A DNA stretch of 64,000 nt from an uncultured Methanomicrobiaceae archaeon. GTDB taxonomy: Archaea > Halobacteriota > Methanomicrobia > Methanomicrobiales > Methanoculleaceae. The stretch lies in contig CAWGXH010000004.1 in assembly GCA_963826525.1 (NCBI GenBank), forward strand, positions 1,248,001-1,312,000. Reading direction: 5' to 3'. The notes beneath the pieces are model-generated. The model was not told the DNA's origin. It saw only the letters and a program-made list of their open reading frames with translations, and searched no databases. Position numbers and translations under genes: made by a program. The stretch's first letter is position 1; each line of letters opens with the position of its first letter. This document shows positions 1 to 11,048 of the stretch, piece after piece.

Positions 1-32
1 TCTGCGAGCATCTCTTCGTATCTACGCATCAT
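1..32 (-). CDS. xseB: exodeoxyribonuclease VII small subunit, N-terminus only (runs off the window)
   Basis: Reads MMRRYEEMLA and overlaps the xseA stop. The YEE motif and position fit XseB. Confidence 0.6.
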   Translation of the reverse strand, partial: MMRRYEEMLA

Positions 33-1266
33 AGTCCAGATCCTCCACGATAACTCTGCTCCGTCCACCCTGCATGCAGAGGACGATCCGATCTCCCGGG
101 GCGATATCGCGCACGGAACTGACGACCCGGCCGTTCTTTGCGGCGATGCAGTACCCCTGCTGCAGGATGGCCATATGACTCCTGCCCTCGATGCGGGCAC
201 GAAGCTCTGCAAGGTGCAGCCGGTCACGCTGTATCCTGACGGTTACCGCCCGTTGGAGGTGCTCCTCCTGCTCGGCGAGCCGCTGCATCCGCTCGTTGAT
301 CCGGCGCCCAAGTCTGGCCGGGTGCATCCGTGCCCGCAGGTCTTCGACCTCCCGCCTCTTCTCTGCGAGCCGCCTCATCAGGTGCGACTGCATCCGTCCG
401 GCGATCCCCTCCGTCTCCTGTAGCAGCTCCTTTCGATCGGGAACCGCGCGCTCCGCTGCAGCAGACGGTGTGGGCGCCCGCACGTCGGCGGCGAAGTCGC
501 AGAGGGCGGTGTCGACCTCGTGCCCGACGGCGCTGATCACCGGTGTCGTGCACCCGGCCATGGCACGGACGACATCGGGGTGATTAAAGGGGAAGAGATC
601 TTCGAAACTTCCCCCGCCGCGCCCGACGATGAGGACGTCGACGAGCCCGTCTATTCTCCGGATTGCCTTCGCGATCTCGCGGTGCGCCGTTTCGCCCTGC
701 ACCGTCGTCGGCGAGAGGACGATCTCGACCGGGAAACGGCGCGAGACGACGTTGATGATATCCTGCAGCGCTGCGCCTGTCGGAGAGGTGACAACGCCGA
801 CCCGGGACGGGAACCGGGGCAAGGGGCGCTTCCGTTCCTCTGCGAAGAGCCCTTCCCGTGTGAGCTGTGTCTTCCACTCCTCGATGAGGAGGTGCTTCTC
901 CCCCCGCCCGGCCGGCAGGATATCCCGGACAATAAGCTGGTACTTTCCGTGCGGCTCGTAGACCTCGACCGATCCCATCACCAGAACGTCCATGCCGTTC
1001 CCCGGCTCAAACTCGAGCTGGCGCGCGAATGTTCGCCACATGACGCAGTTGATGACGGCATTTCCTCTGCCGCTCTGCTCTCCGAGTGAGAAGTACCGGT
1101 GGCCCGAACCGTGATTTTTATAGTTGGTTACCTCGCCCCGCACCCAGATATGCTGCAGGCGGGAGTCTTCAAGGAGGGCGCATATCATCCCCGAGACCTC
1201 AGAGACACGGAGAATCGGCGTTCCGTATAAGTCCGGACGGCCGACGTTGCCTGAGCAGTCCATCAC
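22..1266 (-). CDS. xseA: exodeoxyribonuclease VII large subunit
   Basis: N-terminal OB-fold (IWVRGEVTN..SGHRYFSL), VGVVTSPTGAALQDI, RGGGSFEDL, SAVGHEVD, RAPTPSAAAE. Confidence 0.95.
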   Translation of the reverse strand: MMDCSGNVGRPDLYGTPILRVSEVSGMICALLEDSRLQHIWVRGEVTNYKNHGSGHRYFSLGEQSGRGNAVINCVMWRTFARQLEFEPGNGMDVLVMGSVEVYEPHGKYQLIVRDILPAGRGEKHLLIEEWKTQLTREGLFAEERKRPLPRFPSRVGVVTSPTGAALQDIINVVSRRFPVEIVLSPTTVQGETAHREIAKAIRRIDGLVDVLIVGRGGGSFEDLFPFNHPDVVRAMAGCTTPVISAVGHEVDTALCDFAADVRAPTPSAAAERAVPDRKELLQETEGIAGRMQSHLMRRLAEKRREVEDLRARMHPARLGRRINERMQRLAEQEEHLQRAVTVRIQRDRLHLAELRARIEGRSHMAILQQGYCIAAKNGRVVSSVRDIAPGDRIVLCMQGGRSRVIVEDLDYDA

Positions 1267-1303
1267 AATCTATTAGACCGATAGTTTATATCAAGTAGTG
1301 ACC

Positions 1304-2125
1304 ATGGGTCGTTTCGCCGTTTCGAGCATGCTCTTCCACGAGTATCCCTGCGAGTACATCTTCGACTACGTTGCCGAATCCGGCCTAGACGGCATCGAGT
1401 TCTGGGTCGAGACCCCGCACTTCTGGCTTCGGGGAATGCCCGAGGACGAGCTCAAGCGGTGCATTGAAAACCACCCCGAATTTGCTCCGATCACGCTCCA
1501 TGCGCCCACACTCGACCTGAACCCGACCTCCATCAACCCACGTGTCGCCGCAGCCTCGGTGGAGTATACCGTCGAAGCGATCGAGCTTGCGGAGCGGATA
1601 GGTGCGGGCGTGGTGACGATACATCCCGGAAGGAGGACTGCACGGCGCGTCCCGAGTGCGTATGACTACGAGCGCTTCGAACACTACATCGCCTGCGTCA
1701 GAACCGCGGCGGAGGGAAAGCGGGTGCTCGTCGCGATCGAGAATATGGAACCGAAGGTAAACTCGCTCCTCTACACGCCCGAGGGCGCTTTCGAACTCCT
1801 CGAGCGCGAGCCGTGGCTGCACTTCACGCTCGATATGGGGCACGCCCTGATGGCCTCGGTCGAGGAGACGATCCGGTTCATCGACCTCTGCGGGAATAAA
1901 CTCGTGAACGTCCACGTCAGTGCCACGAAGAACGGCCGGCCGCATTATCCTATCCATTCCGACGGGAACGCGAGGCTGATCCTGGAATCGCTTGCCGCCC
2001 GCGGCTATGCAGGCTACCTCACGCTCGAGCTCCAGGATCTCCATTTCAGCCACGAACTCTCGTCCGAGGAGAAGATCCTGCTGCTGATGAAGGAACAGGC
2101 GGTTCTCCGTGACATAATGGCCTGA
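1304..2125 (+). CDS. sugar phosphate isomerase/epimerase (AP endonuclease 2 TIM-barrel) family protein
   Basis: Metal-binding motifs LHAP, IHPG, AIENM, LDMGH, VHVS, LTLE. Confidence 0.8.
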   Translation: MGRFAVSSMLFHEYPCEYIFDYVAESGLDGIEFWVETPHFWLRGMPEDELKRCIENHPEFAPITLHAPTLDLNPTSINPRVAAASVEYTVEAIELAERIGAGVVTIHPGRRTARRVPSAYDYERFEHYIACVRTAAEGKRVLVAIENMEPKVNSLLYTPEGAFELLEREPWLHFTLDMGHALMASVEETIRFIDLCGNKLVNVHVSATKNGRPHYPIHSDGNARLILESLAARGYAGYLTLELQDLHFSHELSSEEKILLLMKEQAVLRDIMA

Positions 2126-2218
2126 TGCGCTGGCTTTATTAGATCCGACTGCGACATTATCTCGTTACAGACGCGTATGAACACCACTGTGATGCGGCCG
2201 TTTTACGGCGTGGAGTAA

Positions 2219-3496
2219 ATGGTAGTCGTAGATATTTTAACTGTAGAAATCATCCTGTTTCTCGCTTGTTTGCTCCTGTCCGGATTTTTCTCAAGTTCCG
2301 AAGTTGCACTGATATCGATCACGCGGGCAAAGGTGCGCGCGCTCGTCAGCCAGGGTCGCAGCGGAGCGGAAGCGCTGGATACGCTGAAGCGATCACCCGA
2401 CCACATTCTGATAACCATCCTGATCGGGAACAATGTCGTTAATGTTGCTGCGGCATCGCTCGCAACCGCGATAGCGATCGGCTTTTACGGCGATGCGGGT
2501 ATCGGTATCGCGACCGGTGTCGTCGTGCTCCTGATGCTGATCTTCGGCGAGATCGGGCCGAAGATGTACGCCGCCCGCAACACCGAGAGTTTCGCGCTCC
2601 GGGTCTCAAAACCGATTCTTCTCCTCTCGCGGGTCCTTTCGCCCCTGCTCTGGGGATTCGACCGTGCGAAGCGGCGCTTCGCGTTCGGCCCGGGGCTGAC
2701 CGAACCTGTCGTCACGGAGGCGGAGATCAAGGAATGGATCGACGTCGGGGAGGAGGAAGGCACCATCGAACAGGAAGAGCGGGAGATGCTCTACTCGGTG
2801 CTCAGGTTCGGCGATACGACCGTCCGCGAGGTGATGACGCCGAGGTTCGATGTCGTCCTGATCGACGATGCGAGCACGGTCGAGAGTGCCGTCACTATCT
2901 TCAACGAGACCGGTTTTTCACGAATCCCGGTCTACCATGAGCATATCGACAATGTTGTCGGGCTGCTGAACGTCAAAGATGTCTTCGCCTCGGTCTTCCG
3001 GCAGCGGTCGAGCGCGACCATCAAAGACTTGATACACGACCCCTACTTTGTCCCGGAGAGCAAGAAGATCGACGAGCTCCTCAAAGAACTGCAGGTGAAA
3101 AAGGTTCACATGGCCGTCGTCCTCGACGAATACGGTTCGTTCACCGGTATTATCACGGTCGAGGATATGCTTGAAGAGCTCGTCGGCGAGATTATGGATG
3201 AGTTTGACGAGGAGGAGCCCGAGGTGCAGGAGCTCGAGGAAGGTGTATACCTCGTGGATGCCCGGACGTGGGTGGAGCGGTTAAACGAGGATCTCCGGAT
3301 CAACCTTCCCGAGAACGAGTCGTACGAGAGCATCGGAGGCCTTGTGATCGACCGCCTCGGCCACATTCCGCGGCGGGGTGAAGTGGTCAAGATCGAGGAG
3401 AGCAATACAACGCTCGTCGTGATGCAGATGCGCGGGAGGAGGATTATGAAGGTAAAGGTGATCCTCTCGCCGTCGGTCGTGAGTGAGTCGCACTAA
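2219..3496 (+). CDS. hemolysin-family CNNM/CBS/CorC transporter-associated protein
   Basis: SGFFSSSEVAL, GEIGPK, CBS pair (GFSRIPVY; VLDEYGSFTGIITVED), C-terminal CorC domain. Confidence 0.9.
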   Translation: MVVVDILTVEIILFLACLLLSGFFSSSEVALISITRAKVRALVSQGRSGAEALDTLKRSPDHILITILIGNNVVNVAAASLATAIAIGFYGDAGIGIATGVVVLLMLIFGEIGPKMYAARNTESFALRVSKPILLLSRVLSPLLWGFDRAKRRFAFGPGLTEPVVTEAEIKEWIDVGEEEGTIEQEEREMLYSVLRFGDTTVREVMTPRFDVVLIDDASTVESAVTIFNETGFSRIPVYHEHIDNVVGLLNVKDVFASVFRQRSSATIKDLIHDPYFVPESKKIDELLKELQVKKVHMAVVLDEYGSFTGIITVEDMLEELVGEIMDEFDEEEPEVQELEEGVYLVDARTWVERLNEDLRINLPENESYESIGGLVIDRLGHIPRRGEVVKIEESNTTLVVMQMRGRRIMKVKVILSPSVVSESH

Positions 3497-3529
3497 AAAG
3501 TGCATGCCGCCGGAGGAGTATTCGTTACC

Positions 3530-4157
3530 ATGTACAGAGATAGAGATGTCCCGAAGAAACGCATCGCCGTCATCGCTTCGGGGCGGGGGTCCAACTTTCA
3601 GGCCGTTATCGACGGTATCGCGTCGGGTTTCATCCCTGCGGTCTGTGTCGGTCTGATCACCGATAACCCGTCCGCATATGCAATCGAGCGTGCGAAGCAG
3701 GCCGGCATTCCGGTCACGGTCGTCGACTTCCGGGAGTTCCGGACCAAACAGGAGTATGAAGATGCACTCCTTGCCGCTATGAGGGGATGCGAGGCCGATC
3801 TCTTCGTCCTTGCAGGGTATATGCGGATCCTCGGGCAGCAGATCGTGCACGTCTTTTCAGGGCGTATGATGAATATTCATCCTGCCCTGTTGCCCGCCTT
3901 TTCGGGCCTGCATGCACAGCGTCAGGCGGTGGAGTACCGGGGTTCGGGTATCGGGATGCACCGTTCACCTGGTGGACGAAGGCATGGACACAGGCCCTAT
4001 CGTCCTGCAGCGGTGTGTGCCGGTGCTCGACGGCGACGATGCGGAGACGCTCTCCGAGCGAATCCTTGCAGAAGAACACCGGGCGCTCCCTGAAGCGGTC
4101 CGGCTCTTCTGCGAAGACCGGCTCTCGGTAGAGGGGCGGCGTGTCCGGATCCGGTGA
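3530..4157 (+). CDS. purN: phosphoribosylglycinamide formyltransferase (frameshift near 3940)
   Basis: ASGRGSNFQA, LAGYMRIL, NIHPALLPAF, then GCTVHLVDEGMDTGPI in the next frame. Confidence 0.9.
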
Positions 4158-4231
4158 CCCGGCATCTCCCTACTCTTATATATTCTCTCCCGGCCAAGTT
4201 TTAGGGACCCAGACGATAAGGGGGCAGTGTG

Positions 4232-4552
4232 ATGGCAGGGAAGACGCGCAAGATCAATCACAGGAAGATTGCCCGTGAACGGATCGAGGTGCTCTTCCGA
4301 CAGGCAGCAGCATTCCACCCGGAAAATCCGGCGTGGAGTAACCGCTGTGTGGAACTCGCACGCAAGATCGGAATGCGCCACCGGGTGCGGATCGACCGTC
4401 GGTTCAAAAGGCAGTTCTGTCGCCATTGCAATGCGTTTCTTGTGCCGGGAGAAAATATGAGAGTGAGGATACATCGGGGGCGGGTGATCGTCACCTGCCT
4501 TCTCTGTGGACATAGGGCACGATATCCGGTAGTGAGGTCGCAGCATGGATAA
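4232..4552 (+). CDS. rnp4: ribonuclease P protein component 4 (Rpp21)
   Basis: IARERIEVL, zinc ribbon CRHC...CLLCG, conserved position upstream of yhbY/rps19e. Confidence 0.9.
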   Translation: MAGKTRKINHRKIARERIEVLFRQAAAFHPENPAWSNRCVELARKIGMRHRVRIDRRFKRQFCRHCNAFLVPGENMRVRIHRGRVIVTCLLCGHRARYPVVRSQHG

Positions 4553-4787
4553 AGAGATGATCCATCATCTGAAGCCCACGATCTGGATCGGGAAACGGGG
4601 CTGCACTGACGTTATGATCGATGAGATCAAACGACAGATCAAGGATCGGAAAGTGATCAAGGTTAAGTGGCTCCGGAACACGGAGATCGATCCGGAAGCG
4701 ATAGCAGCTGCCGCCGGCGCTGACCTCATCAACGTGCGGGGCCGCACGCTGGTGCTTGCAGAGCGGACCTCCCGGCGCTCCAGGTGA
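4545..4787 (+). CDS. YhbY/CRM RNA-binding protein
   Basis: LKPTIWIGKRG...VIKVK...RGRTLVL. Confidence 0.85.
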   Translation: MDKEMIHHLKPTIWIGKRGCTDVMIDEIKRQIKDRKVIKVKWLRNTEIDPEAIAAAAGADLINVRGRTLVLAERTSRRSR

Positions 4788-4793
4788 GATTCT

Positions 4794-4806
4794 CGAAATA
4801 TATAAA
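4794..4806 (+). promoter_or_regulatory. putative archaeal BRE/TATA promoter of the rps19e operon
   Basis: CGAAA followed by TATATAAA, about 50 bp upstream of the rps19e start. Confidence 0.5.
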
Positions 4807-4856
4807 ACGTCATTGGACGAATATGTAAAGACTGTTAGCGATGGTGAGGATTATCA

Positions 4857-5306
4857 ATGACAACCGTATATGACATTCCTGCTGATATGTTCATTCGGCA
4901 GGTAGCAGAAGAACTGAAGAAAAACCCCGTGGTTCAGCCCCCTGAATGGGCGGCCTTCGCCAAGACGGGAGTACACAGAGAGATGCCCCCCGAAGACCCC
5001 GACTGGTGGTACATGCGCTCCGCATCGGTACTGCGGCGCGTCTATATCGACGGCCCTGTTGGCATCCAGCGGATGCGTAGTTTCTACGGCGGGAAGCGCG
5101 ACCGGGGCTCAAGCCCCTACCAGTTCAGGAGAGGCAGCGGGTCGATCCTGCGCAAAGCCCTCCAGCAGCTTGAATCTGCCGGATACGTCTCGCAGAATAA
5201 GGAAGGGCGCATCGTCACTGCGGCCGGCAGGTCATTCATGGACAACGTCGCGAACAGCGTGAAGGCCCAGGCCGTTGAGGTTGCGCCCGGCCTTTCCAGA
5301 TATTAA
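4857..5306 (+). CDS. rps19e: 30S ribosomal protein S19e
   Basis: MTTVYDIPAD, PEWAAFAKTG, WWYMRSASVLRR, RKALQQLE. Confidence 0.97.
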   Translation: MTTVYDIPADMFIRQVAEELKKNPVVQPPEWAAFAKTGVHREMPPEDPDWWYMRSASVLRRVYIDGPVGIQRMRSFYGGKRDRGSSPYQFRRGSGSILRKALQQLESAGYVSQNKEGRIVTAAGRSFMDNVANSVKAQAVEVAPGLSRY

Positions 5307-5321
5307 CCGGAGGTATGCCTG

Positions 5322-5660
5322 ATGGGAGACGACGAACTCGCTGATCTTCGTCGCCGGAGAATGGAGCAGCTGCAGCGGCAGACGGCGGATCAACAGTCGA
5401 TGGAAGACGAGCTCGAGCGGCAGAAGCAGATGGAATCGCAGGTTCACATGGTGCTGATGCAGATACTCGAACCGGAAGCGAGGGAGCGGCTCAATACCAT
5501 CAAGTTGACAAAGCCGGACTTTGCAAAGGCTGTCGAGCAGCAGCTCGTCATGCTCGCGCAGAGCGGCCGGATACGACAGCGTATCACGGACGACCAGCTG
5601 AAAGAGCTGCTCAAGCAGCTCATTCCCTCGAAGAGAGACTACAAGATAACGCGAAAGTGA
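5322..5660 (+). CDS. PDCD5-like double-stranded DNA-binding protein
   Basis: DELADLRRRRMEQLQ, LEPEARERL, ITDDQLKELL. Confidence 0.92.
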   Translation: MGDDELADLRRRRMEQLQRQTADQQSMEDELERQKQMESQVHMVLMQILEPEARERLNTIKLTKPDFAKAVEQQLVMLAQSGRIRQRITDDQLKELLKQLIPSKRDYKITRK

Positions 5661-6262
5661 TGAAAGCCGGTGTTCTCTTTTCCGGAGGGAAAGACAGCGC
5701 GCTTGCGGCGATCATGCTTGCACGCGACTACGACGTGGAACTGAACACTTTTGTGTTCGACCCCGGACGGGAGATGCCCAGCGTTGAGGCTGCCGCCGCC
5801 GCACTCGGCCTTCCGTTCAGGAAACGCGTCTTCGGGGCCGATGTCCTCGATGAGGCCGTCGCCCTCGTGCTACGGTGCCGCTACCCGAACGATGCCATCA
5901 ATCTGGTGCATCGAAGGGCGGTCGAACTCCTCTGCGGCGAGTATGCCGTGGTGGGGGACGGCACCCGCTGGCAGGACCGGGTTCCGATGCTGGCAAGACC
6001 TGAGGTGCAGCGGATCGAAGCGCTCTACCGCTGCTCATATGTCCGGCCATTGCTCGGCTATGGAAAACCCGAGGTTGAGCGCCTCGCTGAAAGGCTCCTG
6101 GTGGTGAAATACGGTGAGACGGGAACGATCGAGAACGGTGATTACGAACAGGAACTCCGCTCGACGATCCGTGCCTCTGGGTTCGACCCCGCGACGTTCT
6201 TTCCCGAACACCACCGGCAGTCACTGGTGATCGGTATCACCGACAGATACAAATTGACGTGA
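5660..6262 (+). CDS. PP-loop (N-type ATP pyrophosphatase-like) conserved archaeal protein
   Basis: LFSGGKDS PP-loop, DGTR and DYE motifs. Conserved position before rpl39e. Confidence 0.8.
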   Translation: MKAGVLFSGGKDSALAAIMLARDYDVELNTFVFDPGREMPSVEAAAAALGLPFRKRVFGADVLDEAVALVLRCRYPNDAINLVHRRAVELLCGEYAVVGDGTRWQDRVPMLARPEVQRIEALYRCSYVRPLLGYGKPEVERLAERLLVVKYGETGTIENGDYEQELRSTIRASGFDPATFFPEHHRQSLVIGITDRYKLT

Positions 6263-6268
6263 TGAACT

Positions 6269-6421
6269 ATGAGCAAAGTAACAAAAGGCCGGAAGATCCG
6301 GCTGGCAAAGGCGTGCGAGCAGAACCGCCGCGTGCCTGCATGGGTGATGATCAGAACAAACCGGGCCGTCGTCTCGCACCCGTGCCGGCGCAACTGGAGA
6401 AAGAGCACGCTGAAGGTGTAA
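6269..6421 (+). CDS. rpl39e: 50S ribosomal protein L39e (absent from the ORF track)
   Basis: Hand-translated [50 protein letters not shown]. Confidence 0.95.
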   Translation: MSKVTKGRKIRLAKACEQNRRVPAWVMIRTNRAVVSHPCRRNWRKSTLKV

Positions 6422-6425
6422 GATC

Positions 6426-6689
6426 ATGGCCGAGATACTCAAAGAACATATTTATGTCGTCCCCCTGCGCGATGTGAAGCGCTCTCCCCGGTGGAAGAGA
6501 TGCAACACCGCTATCAAGGATATCAGGTCGTTCCTTGTGCAGCACATGAAGAGCGAGGATATCAAACTCGACAGCACCATCAACGAAAAGGTCTGGGAAC
6601 ACGGCAGCGAAAAGCCGCCGAGAAAGATTCGCATCCGTGCGATGAAGTTCGAGGACGGTCAGGTCCAGGCCGAACTCGCAGAGGAGTGA
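6426..6689 (+). CDS. rpl31e: 50S ribosomal protein L31e
   Basis: EHIYVVPLR...[19 protein letters not shown]. Confidence 0.95.
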   Translation: MAEILKEHIYVVPLRDVKRSPRWKRCNTAIKDIRSFLVQHMKSEDIKLDSTINEKVWEHGSEKPPRKIRIRAMKFEDGQVQAELAEE

Positions 6690-6690
6690 A

Positions 6691-7353
6691 ATGAGCGGTA
6701 CAACCGATCTTGCCGGTGACCCGAATATCGGTGTGTACGCCCGCGTATTTGAGGACGTCGCAGTCGTATACCCGACGACGCCCGAGAGTTTTCGCTCGGC
6801 GCTCCGGGATGCACTGGACGTCGATCTGCTCGTAACGTCTGTACAGGGGAGCGAGATCATCGGTTCGCTGCTCACCGGCAACAGCCGGGGATTCGTCGTA
6901 AGCGGCCTCATATCGGATGAGGAGCTGGCAGCGCTCGAGGAGTACCGTGATGTGTATCTCCTTGAGGGTTCCATGAACGCTGCCGGGAACGTCATCCTTG
7001 CGAACGATTACTTCGCCGCCGTCCATCCGGATATGGAAGTCGGCGTTGCGGAGGAGATAGGTTCGTTCCTCGGTGTCCCGGTCGCCCGGATCTCCCTCGG
7101 CGGGATTAAAACCGTCGGTATGGCGGGATTCGCCACCAATAAGGGCGTTCTGGTTCACCCGCGTGCAGGAGAGGCTGAGATAGCGGCGCTCGAGCGGGTG
7201 ACCGATCTTCCCATCGGCCGCGGGTCGATCAACATGGGAAGCGGCCTTGTGGGAACCGGCCTTCTTGCCAATACGAAGGGCTACGTTGCAGGTACGTATA
7301 CGAGCGGTTTCGAGCTCGGTCGAATTGAGGAAGTATTTGGGTTTTTGGAGTGA
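6691..7353 (+). CDS. eif6: translation initiation factor 6 (aIF-6)
   Basis: [38 protein letters not shown]. Confidence 0.95.
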   Translation: MSGTTDLAGDPNIGVYARVFEDVAVVYPTTPESFRSALRDALDVDLLVTSVQGSEIIGSLLTGNSRGFVVSGLISDEELAALEEYRDVYLLEGSMNAAGNVILANDYFAAVHPDMEVGVAEEIGSFLGVPVARISLGGIKTVGMAGFATNKGVLVHPRAGEAEIAALERVTDLPIGRGSINMGSGLVGTGLLANTKGYVAGTYTSGFELGRIEEVFGFLE

Positions 7354-7360
7354 CGATTCA

Positions 7361-7552
7361 ATGGAAAATCAGAAGTATGAGGTAGTCGGTGCGGTAAAGA
7401 TCAACAACGCGTGGAAACCCTACACCACCGTTGTTGAGGCTCCGAGTGAGGATCTGGCAGTTGAACGTGTGTTCTGCACCGTCGGGAGCAAACACCGCCT
7501 TAAGAGAAATTATATCAGCGTCAAGACAGTTAACGTAGTAACTGGTGAATGA
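7361..7552 (+). CDS. rpl18a: 50S ribosomal protein L18Ae (LX)
   Basis: GSKHRLKRNYI motif, position after eif6. Confidence 0.9.
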   Translation: MENQKYEVVGAVKINNAWKPYTTVVEAPSEDLAVERVFCTVGSKHRLKRNYISVKTVNVVTGE

Positions 7553-8006
7553 TTGTGGACTCTGTAGATCCCCGTGAGGTCCAGACGCTCCAGATGTACC
7601 TGAACGAGTACGGGCAGCAGATGGAGGTTCTCTCGCAGCAGACTCACTCTGATTGAGCAGCAGAGGCTCGAATCGCTCGCTGCTGTCGAGTCGATCCAGG
7701 CACTCGGACAGGGTGGCGACGGGGAAGTTCTTCTTCCTATCGGCGGCGGTGCGGTCGTGCGCGCGAAGGTGCTCGATCCCGAGCATGTGATGATGAACAT
7801 CGGCTCCGATGTGGTCGTCGAGCGTACCCATGCCGATGCGGTAGAGTATCTTCAGGATCGCATTACCGAACTTGAAGCACTTGGCAAGAAGGTGGCCGGC
7901 TCTCTCGAACAGCTCGAGAGGGCAGGTGAACGAGATCTCCCACAGGCTCGAAGCCGCATATCGGCAGCGAGGTCAGCCACCTCAGCCTGGCCAGGGTGGT
8001 CGCTAG
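7549..8006 (+). CDS. pfdA: prefoldin alpha subunit (frameshifts near 7642 and 7920)
   Basis: LQMYLNEYGQQMEVL...VLLPIGGG...VMMNIGSDVVVER, located between rpl18a and ftsY. Confidence 0.85.
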
Positions 8007-8009
8007 GTT

Positions 8010-9142
8010 ATGTTCGATTCCCTCAAAGCGAAGCTGAAAGGTATCCGGAATAAGTTCGGCTCCAGCATAGAGGAGGCCGCAGGGCCGGCTCCTTTGGAAC
8101 CGGCACCAGAGCAGCAGACGGCTGCCGCTCCGAGAGAGTAGCATCCGTGCAGAAGGCTCCTGTTCGCCGGAGATCCCCGGCACGATCGCCGGAGCCGCCT
8201 GCAAAGCCGGCAGAGGCCGCACCGGCACCGCCGAGAGAGGAACGCGACAAACCCTCGTTTTTCAACAAGTTCAAGGTGCTGGTCACCGAGCGCGAGTTTC
8301 TCCTAAAGGAGAAAGATATCGCAGAGCCGCTCTTTGAGCTGGAGATGGTGCTGCTCGAGAACGATGTGGCGCTGCCGGTGACCGACGAGATTATCTCGAG
8401 AATGAAAGAGGAACTTGTCGGGAAGCACCGGAAGATCGGCTCGTCGGTGGACGATCTCGTTCTTGAGACGCTTCGTAGCGCACTCTGCGGCGTGCTCGGC
8501 GACGGGCTTGACCTGCCCGAGTTTATCCGGCAGCACGATCGCCCGGTGAAGATCCTCTTTACCGGAGTGAACGGCACCGGGAAGACCACAACGGTGGCGA
8601 AAGTCGGCCACTATCTCAACAAAAACGGTTTTTCGGTTGTTATCGGCGCCGGCGACACCTACCGCGCGGGAGCGATCGAACAGATCCGGACGCACGCCGA
8701 CCGACTCGGTATCAAGGTCATCCAGCACCAGCAGGGTGCCGACCCGTCTGCCGTTCTCTTTGATGCGGTGCAGTACGCGAAGGCGCACGATATCGACGTC
8801 GTCCTCGCAGATACTGCAGGACGATTCCACAACCGTGCCAACCTGATGAACCAGCTCGAGAAGATCCGCCGGGTCATGAAGCCCGATCTCGTCATCTATG
8901 TCGACGAGGCGGTCGCTGGAAACGATGCGGTTATCAGGGCGGATGAGTTCAACCGGACGGTCGGCACCGACGCGGTCGTCCTGACGAAGGCCGATATGGA
9001 TCCGAAGGGCGGCGCTGCCATCTCCGTTGCCCACACCGTCGGTAAACCGATCGTCTTTCTCGGCACCGGGCAGGGCTACGACGATATCATGCCGTTCGCC
9101 CCGCGCGAGGTTGTGGAAGTACTCCTCGGTGGTGAAGCCTGA
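8010..9142 (+). CDS. ftsY: signal recognition particle receptor FtsY (frameshift in the N-terminal linker)
   Basis: MFDSLKAKL start, then GVNGTGKTTT, DTYRAGA, DTAGR, TKAD. Confidence 0.95.
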
Positions 9143-10468
9143 TGCTCGATAAACTCGGTACCTCGCTGAAAGATGCGGTGAAGAAACTCGCCGGAAAGAC
9201 GGTGATCGATCGGGCGGCGGTCGACGAGCTCGGTGCGCGATCTGCAGCGGGCGCTCCTCCAGTCCGACGTCAACGTCAAACTGGTGATGCAGCTCTCCCA
9301 GTCGATCAAACAGCGCTCTCTCGAGGAGGAGCCGGCGAAGGGAATGGGCGTGCGTGAGCACGTCCTGCGGATCGTCTACCAGGAACTCGTCCGGCTTATG
9401 GGAAGCACCACCGAAGTTACCCTCGGCCCGCAGAAGATCTTGATGGCCGGCCTTCAGGGAAGCGGCAAGACCACGACGACCGCGAAGCTCGCCCGCTACT
9501 TCCAGCGAAAAGGGCTTCGCGTCGGGGTGATCTGTGCCGATACCTTCCGTCCGGGTGCGTACGACCAGATCAAGACCCTCTGTGACCGAATCAACGTCCC
9601 CTGCTTCGGTAACCCGAAGGAGACCGATGCGGAGAAGATCACGCGGGAGGGGCTTGCCGCCTACAAGCAGCTCGAAGTGGTCATCATCGACACCCAGGGT
9701 CGCCACGCGCTTGAAGAGCACCTGATCCAGGAGATCATCAACATCAATACGCTCTCCCGGGCCGACCACCGCTGGCTGGTTATCGATGCGGCGCTCGGCC
9801 AGCAGGCGAGCGAGCAGGCACGCCGGTTCCACGAGGCTATCGGGATCGACGGTGTCATCGTCACCAAGATGGACGGCACGGCAAAGGGTGGCGGTGCGCT
9901 CTCGGCGGTATCCGAGACGAAGAGCGGGATCGTCTTCATCGGAAGCGGGGAGACGATCGAAGACCTCGAGCGGTTCGACCCGGACGGCTTCATCTCGCGG
10001 CTGCTTGGGATGGGCGATCTTCGCGCTCTCGTCGAGCGTGCCGAAGAAGCGGTCTCCGGAGAGGATCTCGACGTCAATGCCATGCTCAAGGGCAAGTTCA
10101 CGCTCCGGGACATGTACAAGCAGCTCGAGGCGCTGAACCGCATGGGGCCGCTGAAGCAGATCATGGGGATGCTGCCGCTCGGTAATCTGCAGATCCCGGA
10201 TGACGCCTACGATATCACCAGTTCCAAGATGGATCGCTACAAGGTGATCATGGACTCCATGACTCCGGACGAACTCGACGATCCGTCGGTCATCAGCAGC
10301 TCCCGCATTCACAGGATTGCCAGAGGTGCGGGTGTCCTGCCGGACGATGTCCGGGAGCTTATAAAATATTACAAGACGATGCAGCGCGCCCTGAAGGGTA
10401 TGCGGGGCATGGGCGGCGGCAAATTCAACATGCAGCGCATGATGAAGAAGTTCGGGCGGACGCAGTGA
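9142..10468 (+). CDS. srp54: signal recognition particle protein SRP54 (frameshift near 9232)
   Basis: [28 protein letters not shown]-terminal M domain. Confidence 0.95.
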
Positions 10469-10469
10469 G

Positions 10470-11048
10470 ATGAAGCGATTTGCAATCGTCGGCCATCTCG
10501 CCGCTACTGCCGGCACCTTCAGCCTGAACGATCTGCCCGGCAGCGCCGGAAGGATGGATGTGCTCTGCCGCTGCGTGAACGCGGCACTTTTTCTCTCGCA
10601 CGATCTCCGGGACGACGTCGAGTGTTATCTGATCCTCTGCGGTGAGCCGGGACCCGAAAAGACCGTCCTCTTTGTGGGCGGTGAGGTTCGCTATCTCAGC
10701 CCGGACGAGCGGAGTAGCGCATCGCTCATCAAAAAGGCGCTTGCCCTCCCCTGCGGCGACACATTCCGGGAATCGACCCCGGGCGTCTATGTGAGAAGGG
10801 GCGGGCTTGCACGGCTGCTCGGCGAGCACCCGTTTGCCGTGCTCGCTGAAGAAGGCAGTGACATCAGGCACGAATCGTCGCTGCCGGAGGCGTATCTGCT
10901 GAGCGACCACCGGAACTTTTCGAGCGAAGAGCTGGAACTGATCGCCGGGCGTTCCCGCCATTCGGTCGGGCCAAAGTCGCTCCACGCGGATCATGCAATC
11001 ACTGTCCTCCAGAACGAACTTGATCGGAGGGAACACGGATGGAGATGA
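10470..11048 (+). CDS. trmY: tRNA pseudouridine(54)-N1-methyltransferase
   Basis: FSLNDLPGSAGRMDVLCR, PDERS, LSDH, SVGPKSLHADHAI. Confidence 0.92.
   Translation: MKRFAIVGHLAATAGTFSLNDLPGSAGRMDVLCRCVNAALFLSHDLRDDVECYLILCGEPGPEKTVLFVGGEVRYLSPDERSSASLIKKALALPCGDTFRESTPGVYVRRGGLARLLGEHPFAVLAEEGSDIRHESSLPEAYLLSDHRNFSSEELELIAGRSRHSVGPKSLHADHAITVLQNELDRREHGWR

Noticed and set aside
9225-9240. Programmed ribosomal frameshifting in srp54 and other split genes
   Set aside because: No slippery heptamers or consistent stimulatory structures. Too many unrelated genes are affected, so sequencing error is simpler.
8303-10516. 737-aa minus-strand ORF, and similar long antisense ORFs at 10991-12280, 17424-19124 and 57281-59338
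   Set aside because: These are shadows of real + strand genes in high-GC DNA and carry no recognisable motifs.
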